DNA from: Squalus acanthias
Taxonomy: Eukaryota
Direction: 5' to 3'
DNA length: 64,000 nt
NCBI GenBank assembly: GCA_030390025.1
Contig: CM059432.1
Location: 85,500,001 to 85,564,000 of the forward strand
In this document: in pieces, positions 25,030 to 35,121 of the stretch
Position numbering within the stretch: position 1 is the first letter of the stretch
Layout of the letters: the number at the start of each line of letters is the position of its first letter
Translations under genes and position numbers: made by a program
The notes under the pieces: generated by a model
What the model saw: the letters and a program-made list of their open reading frames with translations, nothing else
Databases searched by the model: none
Told to the model about the DNA's origin: nothing

Positions 25030-27823
25030 CATGGAATAGTCTTCTATATAGGGTAAGGGAAAATAGTGGATTTCTATGGAAAAATCAGCTAGATGGATCG
25101 AATGGTCTCCCTCATCTGTACTTATTTGTTGACATTTAACTATTAAGTACCTTTGTTGTTGTCTACACCTCCTAGGAATAATAAGTACCCTATATAAAAA
25201 ACATTGTTTTAACTTCCCATATTAAAACCTTTAGTACACCTATCACAATCGCAAAGTTGTAGCCTACCTAAAACATTCATTTTCTTCCTCTCAGCACACA
25301 GGAAATTGCCATATCTCTTGTAACCATACCCCATTGATTGAAGGTCAGCTTTTGCTTCTTTAGTTTTTTTTCAGAGAACCTTCTGACCTGCTGCCAGGTT
25401 CTACAAGTGGTAGATACGCTGTTGATTTAGGTGGCGATGTGCTCTCAGGCTTATTTTCTGCTGTTTTAGTTGCTAACCTCCTGACCAGTACTTCTTCCAC
25501 AAAGATAAAGTCAATCAGTGTCACTAAAACACTTAACTCTGAAGTTTCTGATTAGCACATTCTGGAATTGGACCCAGTTTGTTTCTTATTTGGATCAAGA
25601 TCGGTTCACTAAACTTTGTGAACAGTGAATATCAAGGTGCTGTTCAGAGGAAAATGCAGTGTTCACACAAATTTATTAATTGCTTTCCCTGCACAAAAAA
25701 ATTCTCTATTAAAAGCTCTATTGGCCGAATCCAAGAAACTTAAACCCCATGACCTACGCTCCAATTTGTGAGTATTTTTCAAGTTTCTTTTATGTAATTT
25801 GTTCTTCAGTATCAAAGGTTACAATATCTCTTTTCACAGAAAATAGGAGAATGGCAGTTTATATCCATAATTAACAAATAGCACATTTCAAAGCCAAACA
25901 TTTCAGTGATCACATCAGTGGGTCATTGATTAGAGAAAAAAAACAGGCATTTTTGTTTGAAAAGGATTTTCAGGCCCTTTTGAATGATATTGTTTAACCC
26001 TCTGCTGTCAGCTTCTCAATTGTTGTGCTACAGGATAGTGAGGTTCTGGTAGAATGAAAAGTTACTTGATAAGAGCAGTGCATTTAATCATACCAATTAA
26101 TGAAGTTTAATGTTAAAGTATGACATCAATTACAAAACAATTGATCGTCCTGTATTAGTACAGAGTTGCATACAGTTGCATTCAGTACAATTAATATACT
26201 CCAGTGACAAAATATCACAACATCCAACCACACAAGACAGCATAACCTATTCTAGGCACAATATAGGTAAAGGACCAGTCCTTTTTAAAAAATCAATGGC
26301 AATATTCATGCCGTAATAAGACCATGGATGATCATTTTATTAATGTTAGAGTTACTGCAAAGTTATCCTACTTGTTTGATCCTTAAAAATTCTGTTAGAA
26401 GATTTGATTTGAAATAATAAGGTTGTCAACCTGTTGTACTCAGCATGTGATTAAAAATGTAAGACACATTGAGATCAAAGGTTTTCTGCACTGGAAAAAC
26501 AGGATATGCCCAAAGGTTGCTGTTGCTTTATGTTCCATTATCATTTGAGCTCTGGGGTTTTGCTTCTTTGCAATGCAGAACATGGAATCTGGCTGCTAAA
26601 TTAGCTTTCCAGGGATGTTTGTAAATTCACACTTTCTCAAAGATTGTAATTATAGCTGAAACAAACAGCGACAGTATCCCACGTGACACTGAAGGTGTAT
26701 TGTAAGCTCTTCTGAATTTTCTTGAAGTCTGCCACTGCAGTCTTTCTACAAACCTACAATGACTAAGCCTATACATTTTCATAACTGCAGTAATTTTTGC
26801 ACACTAGAGGATACTCTAGATTAATAGGCATCCTTTCTGGTGATGTGAGGTAAAGCATTGTGCATCGCAAAGTATTTTTCTCTAAACTCCCCATTCAGGG
26901 CGCCACCCCTTTAATGTCACATTGTGTGTAGCCTGGCCACTAGAAACTTAGATAAGAGTGCCCAGACTCAACTAACGCAGAACTCCTTACAACTAGCAAA
27001 CATCCCCTCAGTGAGTGCTGGATTTGGACTCATGTCCCAAAGGTGAAAGACCAGTGCTCTAATCCACTATGCTACCTAGTCTACATGATATCCATTTTAT
27101 TTTAAACTCAATCTGCAATCTGGCACTCCCAGTGAAGAGAGGTTCTTGCAGGAATCGCATCTCGGGAAATCACAAGCCTGCATCCCATACTTTTCCATTC
27201 ATTAATATTAGTGGACAGAAAATGACGGGTTGCATATCTGCAATTGTCTGAGGTGCACTCATCCCAAATGCTGCTCCTGCTGGAAACTCCAATCATGGAA
27301 ACACCTCAATTTTGTTGTGAAACTGAGTAGACAAATGCTTCCAGGGACTGCTGTTTTAAACCTAACATCAGAATATAAATCTCAATCTCCAAACTAGCCA
27401 ATCAGTGACATGGCCCACAAAAATCAAGCACAGAAATACAAAATCAGGAATTTTATTTTAGTTGTAAATATGACTCAACCCTGTGCTGAACCCTAATTTT
27501 CACTACTCTGTGTCGCATAGTAATGGTCTTTTAAACCTATAACTGCTGCAAGGGATCTGAATTTTGTATTAATCCTATTACGTTTAATTTATTTTGCACT
27601 TTTGGTGCCATCTTGAGTCCAGCTACAACACAGTCAAAATACAGTATAAAAGAGACATTGTTAGTGACGACATCTAGAGGATAGGCAATGACTGTAGTAT
27701 TATAGCAGCTGGTGCAATGTCCCATCAGAAGAGGTATGTATTTAAAATGAAAAACAAACTCTGTTGGCCTGATATACTATAATTCATATCTCAACTCTCT
27801 GCTAAAAGCTTCTTAAAAACGTA

Positions 27824-28489
27824 GGGGGAGAAATTCCCCTAGAGGGTCATTTGGGACGCTAAGTCAAAAATGTTTGAAAAGTTAGCGCCAGGTGCCAACC
27901 TTTTCAAACATTTGAGAAATTCCCATTTTTTGCTCCAAGAGGGAAATGGAGCACTAAATCAAGCGCTCCACTTGCCTCTTGGAGCGCAAGTGGCGGGGAA
28001 TGTCCCGATCTGGGGCAATGTGCCACGTGTGTCGCTGCTGCGTTGCAGGGGCTCTTCCCTCAATTAACGGGAAGGGCTCCCCGCTGTGAGCTCTGCATTT
28101 TTTTGGCATCTGCTAGAGCACCGAGGTGAGGGAGTGCCGCGCGATCAGCACTTTTTTAAATCAGCAATTTTTTTCATGTCGGCCGGCCACCGCCACTTTA
28201 AGTTGCACCCCACGAGCGACCGGCCTCACTGTTCGCGACCCCTGCAGCAGTCGGTAACATCGCCCTGCATTGCTGCAGAGCGCGAGTGGGAATTTTTCTA
28301 CCGGGGCACTGCGCCCGGAGATGACATCATGATCTCTGGGCGCAGAAGATTGGGGCAATACCCGGTAGCGCCGCCGCTAACCTCCGCGGAATTTCGTGGG
28401 AGGCGCGGTTATCGCCTCGGGGGGGGGAAGCCATTTGCACCCCACTAGCGCCTCCCACCGGAGGCGCAAACGAGGGGAATTTCGCCCCC
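27824..28489. mobile_element. Harbinger-type MITE
   Basis: TIRs GGGGGAGAAATTCCCC and GGGGAATTTCGCCCCC with flanks GTA and ATA. Similar to 38798-39436 and 58891-59602. Confidence 0.8.
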
Positions 28490-30114
28490 ATAGTTCTTTA
28501 ACCACAATTGTTTCTCTCCCTCTCAGAATTCCTCACCTTCTACTGTTTGTAAAGTGCTCTGTGATACTTTTCTATGCAGGGTGTATTTTATATCTATAAC
28601 TGGAATTTATTGTTTAATGATTGAAAGGAGCTGACTATCTCTTCAGCTCTTTGCAGTTATTAAAAATGACCCCAATGATAGAAGGACAGGAATTACACAT
28701 TTGTAAGCTCTACTTTCCTCAATTCCATGACAATGTGAGCATTGAAAGCATTGCTCTTCACCTGCATCACTGTGAAATAGAACCCATACTGATTCCTACA
28801 GTGCAGTATGAAATTGGCATTTTCTCTCTTTTAATTTTTCTATGAATTCTTCTGTCTCTTTTTTCCTTTTCTTCATTCTTCACTGCCCACTTGACTATTT
28901 GACTTCCAAATGTCAATTTTTAACAATTTAAAAAAAACTTTTTTTCCCTCACTTTCCAGTGAAAGAAAGAAAAAGAACATTATGGAAGTGGGATTATGCC
29001 AACATCCATAGCCAAACTGAAAGTGCTCTACTGATAGACAGTCTAGGACGCCTGAGAAGTATGCCTTAGAATATTTAATTAACAGATCACTAATAATAAG
29101 CATTTTTATCTAATCACCCTTGAATGACTCATTGTTTTTACCCTCTGTACTGAGGTAATGTGCATTTAAACAACTGCTATACTCTAGATAAATGAGCATC
29201 CATAGTAACTAAAAATGGTAGAAAAATGCATGTCACTTAACTCTCCCAAAAAGATTAACCTTTAATTAATAAATGTAAACTACTTATGGTTGGTGTTGCA
29301 AACACAATCACTCTAAGGACTAATTAATATTTAGTCACTACTCAGCCTAAAAATTAGGTCATAGCAAAGAGTCCCTTGATCTGCCTGCCTGGCTTTCTCC
29401 TGTATTCCATTTGATCTCTCTTTCCCAAACCTGCCTCCCTGCCTCTTTCCTGACTTTCTCTTTATCCTTATATGCCTGTTTCCTGAGCCCCAGCCAATTT
29501 ACTTGCTAGTCTCTCTCTGGTCCAATCTCCATTCTGTGATGGAACACTACTAGAAGGCAGTGCTACATCTTGCCTCCATCACAGGTGAAAGTAGAGAAAA
29601 TTGGCAAGTTCCACTCAGAAAAGAAGGTTCTGATAATCCTTCAACTCAGAAGGTTTCCCTGACTCACTGCAAGAGCAGGAGCAGGCAGAAAGTTCTCAGT
29701 AATGGAAGTTGAGCAGTCTTTGGAAAAGGAACAGTAGGAAGATCGTGCACATGCAAAGGATAGGAGGCTGAAGGGATAATTACTAGTCCTAGCCCTTTTC
29801 GGGCTACCCCAGATCAAGCGTATTCCCCATACGTTCACCTTCAACTAAAGTTTGAGGTAGCCAAATCCTAGAGACGCTTAATTGGGTCTAAAGGTTCAGA
29901 CAATCTCTCCCTAAAGGAAAGGAACGACTTGAAGATGTTACCGTCCTCCAGATAGCACTTTTAATAAGATTAACTAGACTGTAACCTTCCGGATATTATG
30001 AGGGTCCGGAAAACCCCCCAGAATTCTGCAACTCCTCACAAAAGAGTGTACAGAAATTGAGTTCGCGAGTTTGATACATAAGTACTCTGTGAGACAATTC
30101 TAAAAGTATATAGA

Positions 30115-30120
30115 TTTATT
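30115..30120 (-). promoter_or_regulatory. LTR polyadenylation signal AATAAA
   Basis: tttatt on the + strand, about 290 nt downstream of the TATA box in the viral sense. Confidence 0.65.
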
Positions 30121-30325
30121 AAAGAACGACATGTAGTTAACAGTTGGTGAGTCAATCGCAACTTTAACAGTTCAAAATACAAATAGCTTACATTTCTTAT
30201 CAGAGATCCTTATTCTCAAATCTTAACTTCGTTACATTTTTACACTTCTACTTATTCTTAATCCAGAATATCCACCAAAATCAAATAAAAGTACCTTTTG
30301 ATCCCCGAGACTCAAAGAGTTAAAA

Positions 30326-30331
30326 ACTTAC
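30326..30331 (-). promoter_or_regulatory. Putative major splice donor (GTAAGT) in the LTR R region; equivalent site near 35315-35320
   Basis: Perfect donor hexamer about 50 nt downstream of the inferred start site, the position where foamy viruses carry their major splice donor. Confidence 0.55.
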
Positions 30332-30405
30332 AGAGCCTGCCTCTGAAGTTGAGAATCGCTTTGCCCCTTCCAGCGACTTCTGACTTCCTATCTGAAAGCT
30401 CCATA

Positions 30406-30412
30406 TTTTATA
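30406..30412 (-). promoter_or_regulatory. LTR TATA box (TATAAAA); equivalent site near 35395-35401
   Basis: ttttata on the + strand in both LTR copies, upstream of the donor and the polyA signal. Confidence 0.65.
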
Positions 30413-31223
30413 CTCTTTTTGCAGTGGCATATTCTTTGAAGTTTTCTGTTGATGTAAGCTAATTATCTCCAGTCATCTTTCTGTTGACTTCTTTCTATTC
30501 TTACTGTCAATTCAGCTGCTAACTTGCAGAATTCTGTCTCTACTTTTAGGTGTTCGAGACTTATCATAAAATATGGTTATAACAGATTTATCTATTTGAT
30601 GCGATTCTTAGGAAGTTCTTCTATTGAATTCTTAAATTACTTTAACTGCTTGTAAGCCAGACTTCGCGTCTCCTTGAGTTCCAAGTTCAACACATAAACA
30701 ATGTGATTGCTTGGTGCATCTATCGATGTAATATTTACAAAGTCTTCTGTTTGTACCTTTTACTATATGTAAATCAAAAACACTTCAGCCGAGTACTTGA
30801 TTGTTTCCTCAGCCATCTTAGTTGTTTGTATTACAAACTTATGCTTCCTGTCTTTCATTTGATGTTACTTTTACAAAGACACATGGTTTGTTAATGTTCT
30901 ATGTTTCTGTTCGAAGTGTTAGTTTTTAACACTTTAAACTGAGTATAGCTATTGTGTTGGTTCCAAACTGCAGACTTCTTGGAACCTCCAACCCTCTGTT
31001 TCAATGAGGCCATTGTCTCAGTGTCAATAACCAATTCCCATTTCAAAAGCTTGTATGGCGTTTACAGCTTTGTGACTCATCTTATCTCAGAAGCCTGTAT
31101 TTACAGCTTTGTGTCGTTGAGGCTTTTAGATTTTTAAACCCAGTTTGTCATATTTTAATAAAGTCTGAATTATGTTCGTAGGATGGTGTATTTTTCTGAA
31201 TAGGTATGGCTCATTCCTTTACA

Positions 31224-31233
31224 CCCCCCTTTT
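31224..31233 (-). promoter_or_regulatory. Polypurine tract AAAAGGGGGG
   Basis: Abuts the TG start of the 3' LTR on the minus strand. Confidence 0.9.
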
Positions 31234-31522
31234 GACCAAAAGATGAGCTTAAAACATCAGGGCAGAGTTTGGTCAATGATACAAATCAGGTTACAAGAGC
31301 ATATTAATTTCACGAGATTCGCAATCATGTGCTACATGAAAATTCCTTTTAAGTCATCCTAGGACAATGTTTTGCCTTATTTTAAATTGAACACAATTTA
31401 AAAGGATAATAGTACATAGTCATGCCATGAGCGAAACAACATGTACTTAGAATGTCCAATCAGCAGATGTATGTTCCGTAGAGGTGAGTTATTCATACAA
31501 GTCAAGGAGACGTCATTTGAAA

Positions 31523-31780
31523 CTAGTTGAAGCTTGACACGCTGTTCCTTCGATCCGGTGTGTGTACAGATGCATGTTTTCGTAAAGGCCTTGCCAGGCA
31601 CTCAGTTGATTCCTTCTTCATCCGCGATGTCTTCCTCCTTCGCTGAAGTAACTCGTTGATCTTTCCTTGTTTCGGTTGTTGCTTTTCGCAAATCCAATTC
31701 CTGATGCGTTGCCAAGCAACGTGTAGAGGAGCCGGCGACACCTTCTGACTGACCGTCGTCAGTAGTTCGATCGCATCCAT
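31523..31780 (-). pseudogene. Possible env N-terminal (leader) remnant overlapping the pol 3' end
   Basis: ATG-initiated ORF in a different frame overlapping the integrase tail, with a Trp pair (WQRIRNW). The assignment rests mainly on position. Confidence 0.4.
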
Positions 31781-33080
31781 TTCCTGTGTCGTGCTCCGAG
31801 CTGGGTCTTAAAAGACAGTGTACGACTGCACCTTGTTTTGTTCCTCCTTTTTGGTATCCCGCAGGACATCTCTTGATATTGTCTATGGAGACAGTTTTAA
31901 GAATATGCTTCCCATTCGGCTGGTTAATATGTATTTGAACTGTTATTTCGTTAATAACAGAATGTATTTGAACAGGTTTTTTACACTTCGGCCTTAAACC
32001 AGGTTTTTGCTCGAACTCCTTTTCCTGTACCCATTCTCCTACTATGGGTTGCCATGCTTTATTTGTCAATTTTTTCTGCCTATCTGCTTCCCTTTATCCT
32101 CTCATCAATTCGATGAATCTGCTCTGTTACTTCTTTTTTTTTAATCTAACTGTTGCTATTGGGTCAAGGACTCAGAGTGTGTAGAGGCAATAAAAGAACT
32201 ATGGGTAAGCGGTGTATGCATCTCAACCCCATACATCAGATAATATGGAGTTTTAGGGGACACTGTCCCTGATGTAGATGTGGGCACATTATTGAGTGAT
32301 AGCTGTACCTCCGGAATGATGGTGGTCCACTTATTCCCCCTGATTCTCAACAGTTTGACCAATAGCTTTATTACTTCCTGGTTTTTACGTTCCACCAGCC
32401 CCGCTGATTGCGAATGACGTGGCGTGCTGTGCTCTAAGCCAATCCCCCTTTGTTCACAGTAGTCTTTGAAGACCTTGGATACAAAGGCTCTGCCTTAATC
32501 GGAGTGTAAGATTTTGGGTGCACCAGCTACAGTAATTATATCAGAAATAGCCCTGGCAAGTGCGTTTTCCAAAACAGTTTTTGTGGGGACCAGCCAGCAG
32601 AAGGAAGTGCATCCATCCACACAAATGAGAACATGTCTATATCCCAAAGACGGGGGTAGTGGTCCAATAAAGTCAATAAAGAATTTTCCCATTGGCTCAT
32701 CAGCTTTCACAGGAGCCAGTGGTGGTGGCTTAATTAGTGATGACTTATTGGTTAAATAGCACGGCTCACAATTTGCCACGTATGTTTTACAGGCTCTAAG
32801 CATGCCTGGCCACCAATATAAGGGGTCAATTTGCAAAATGTTGTTCTGGCACCACAATGTGCTTGACTTATGCCCTCGTGAGCTTCTTTTACAAGCTGTT
32901 CTCGTTTGTGGCTCGGGGGTACTTCTCGGTTTCCCTTGGGCAACTTAACTAGTACAATACCCGTAGGGGTTTCCGAGTAAAAGTACTTTGGTGGATATCC
33001 TGGTGGATTCTCTGTTATCGGGTCTAATAGCTGAATCAGTTCCTCATCCTGATTAGCTGCCCGTTCTGCCGTAGTGATTT
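31602..33080 (-). pseudogene. pol: Foamy-like integrase (N-terminal extension, HHCC, DDE core, C-terminal domain) with frameshifts and stops
   Basis: GYPPKYFY...EAHEGISQAHCG...LYWWPGM...CEPC...KFFIDFIGPLPPSLGY...VDG...LHSD*GRAF...STPRHSQSAGLVERKNQ...WQPIVGEWVQE...TVSIDNIK. This parallels prototype foamy virus IN (KFFIDYIGPLPPSQGY, VERKNS, TVSIDNLK). Confidence 0.93.
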
Positions 33081-33560
33081 CACTAACATTGGCAGGCCCC
33101 TCTCGAGGGGGTGTCTTGCAGACCGAACGTTTTGCTTGTTCGTCAGCAAGGCTGTTTCCTTTTGAGTGTACTGTCCCAGTGGTATGCCCGTTTACATGAA
33201 TCACCTGACAATTCTGTTTCTCCATCCTCGAATGGAGAATTTCTTCCCACAGTGTGGGTTTAATAAAGTCTGCCTTCTCTAAAGCACACCGTAATGCTGC
33301 GACTTCAGCATATGGCCAAGGGTTTTAGACAGAAATTCTTCTGTATAAAAAGAATAGGAATCTCTTAAAAGTCCCTACTACTATCCCCATCCCAGCTGAG
33401 GATTGTTGGGATGTCCCTTTTTTAATCGTCATTGACGATCCATCACAGTAAATAATTTGATGGTATTCTATAAGCGGTCTCATAGGTATTTGTCTGATTC
33501 CCTCCTCCGTATCATCATCCTCCATGATGGGGAGATGCTCTATCTTTCCACATTGATTTA
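33081..33560 (-). pseudogene. pol: Foamy-like RNase H domain, disrupted
   Basis: IIYCDGSS...SSAGMGIV, AEVAAL and HVNGH...HSKGNSLADEQA, compared with foamy FYTDGSA...NAGMGIV and HTEGNALADKLA. Confidence 0.88.
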
Positions 33561-34031
33561 GATGGCGTTGTAGATAAGGGTATTAATGAGTTGCTCAAGG
33601 AGGTCTTTGCCTCCCCCCTCTAGGCAAGTTCGATCAAGCTGTGTTCGAACATGTTTTTCCCTGTCATCCTGGTCTGTGGATGCTTCTAGAGATTTGGTTG
33701 AGATTTTAAGGTAATGTTTCATGTCTGGTTGTCCTATAATGAGGGAACAGGCCAATTGTGGTACCAGTCCTACATCTAGGGTCACCGTGATTCCATATAT
33801 AGTAAGAGGTATTTTGTAAAAATTAATTATTTTGGTTTCGTCTTGTGTGAATCCCCCTAATGGTCTTTTACAAATTAGGCTCCCCAAATCTGTCCAGTTA
33901 GTTTTTATAATTGCAGGATCTATTACAGTGTAATCAGCTCCCGTATCAAACAGGGCCTTCACTTGTGTGTTTTTGGGCAAGGTTGCCAAGGCATAGCGGA
34001 ATTCAAGAGGCCCTGGCTGGGTGCCAGGCCT
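33558..34031 (-). pseudogene. pol: Aspartic protease plus start of the PR-RT linker; RT polymerase domain deleted
   Basis: VKALFDTGADYTVI active site. The sequence joins the RNase H region near 33560-33585 with no YxDD-containing segment in between. Confidence 0.88.
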
Positions 34032-34341
34032 TCAATCCTGGGATTGTTCATCCTCAGGATCCTGAGTTTCATTTGCTTCTTTGTCTTTAATTATTTTAAC
34101 TGATTTTTGTTCCTCCCTCTTGGGGGTATCATATTTTCCAGATCCCTGAGGGGTTTTGTCGGACCGTTTATTATCTTGACGATCCTTCTGTTGAGGTGGA
34201 CGTTGGTTCTGCCGGGAATCTTTTTGATCCCCATATCGGTTTTCTCGGTATCCTCCCATGGCTCTCTGATAACTTTGGCCAGTGTAAAAGCTGTCCCCAT
34301 AGGGAGTCCACTGTCCTTCGCTTTCCTTTCGAGGTCTAGCC
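34032..34341 (-). pseudogene. gag: gag C-terminus (Arg/Gly/Gln-rich, no Cys-His box) ending in TGA
   Basis: ARPRKESEGQW...GGYRENRYGDQKDSRQNQRPPQQ...EQSQD*, directly upstream of and in frame with the protease. Confidence 0.75.
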
Positions 34342-34978
34342 AAGATTGGAATGCCCAATACCTGAGGCAACTACTACAAATGATACTAAGTTCAGACTTA
34401 ATTCCCCCATTAAACCAGTGTAACAACTGGGTTCAAATATACGCTTATGTTCTCACGGCAACTCAGGGAGGGCATGTAATGGGTTCCATCAAGGAAATAC
34501 TCACTAATACAGCCACAACTAAAGGGCTGGTAGCTGCCTACAGAATAGGCAAAGTACTTACACAGGATAACTGGGACATTGTCCATGGTTGCCTGGCCAA
34601 TCAATACCAAAATACAGCCCTCAACCTTGCTTGTGAGGGTGCTCTAAACAATTATCGAGATAACCAACAAAGATGGGATAATGTCAATCGCATTATCCAA
34701 TTAAATCATGACCTCTTAGGTCTACCCCAAACTAAATCTATAATGAGATCAGAAACTAGGGATAAAAAAATGGAGAAGGTACCTTTGGTACTCAGAAAGA
34801 AGGACTGTATAGACTCAAGTCTCAAGTCCACCCCGCCCAGACATAAGCTCGTAGCTCAGGACCCCCAGGAGCGTATTCCAGAAGGTATACATCCCCAATT
34901 CGCCCACAATATAAGAAAGATTTCTCCCCAGAAAGATGGGATAGACGAGGGGCTAGACCTCGAAAGGAAAGCGAAGGA
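34342..34978 (+). pseudogene. gag: Inverted gag segment encoding the foamy-type capsid domain and basic region
   Basis: CNNWVQIYAYVLTATQGG...KGLVAAYRIGKVLTQDNWDIVHG...LNHDLLGL..KSI parallels foamy Gag (CVNW...THGS...EGVATAYTLG...QNYQLVSG...YEILGL..GQSI). After a 1-nt slip in the A-run at 34764-34770 it reads on to ARPRKESEG, which overlaps the minus-strand gag tail. Confidence 0.82.
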
Positions 34979-35121
34979 TCTATTACATATAGTAAAAGGT
35001 ACAAACAGAAGACTTTGTAAATATTACAGTGTAATCATCTCCCGTATCAAACAGGGCCTTCACTTGTGTGTTTGTGAGCAAGGTTGCCAAGGCATAGCGG
35101 AATTCAAGAGGCCCTGGCTGG

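Larger units (their letters stand above)
16300..25120 (+). mobile_element. Old degraded CR1 copy broken into pieces (about 16300-16560, 17290-17430, 21290-21600, 23830-24000, 24200-24380, 25030-25120) by later insertions
   Basis: Decayed RT motifs occur in collinear order: NYRPV-like at 16311, GSV..PLFVIFLN at about 17380, KCKL.EFA.D at about 21295, YEERLEK at about 23972, then a 3' UTR-like end. Confidence 0.6.
29769..31223 (-). repeat. 3' LTR (1455 bp) of the foamy-like ERV
   Basis: On the minus strand it begins TGTAAAGGAATG directly after the PPT and ends ...ATCCCTTCA before the TSD. 30133-31223 is a direct repeat of 35122-36212. Confidence 0.92.

Noticed and set aside
30952..31137. Identical 61-aa ORFs here and at 35941-36126
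   Set aside because: They are a by-product of the LTR duplication, antisense to the virus, with a non-ATG start.
31840..32140. Central polypurine tract in integrase
   Set aside because: Purine-rich runs exist, but no exact copy of the 3' PPT AAAAGGGGGG was found.
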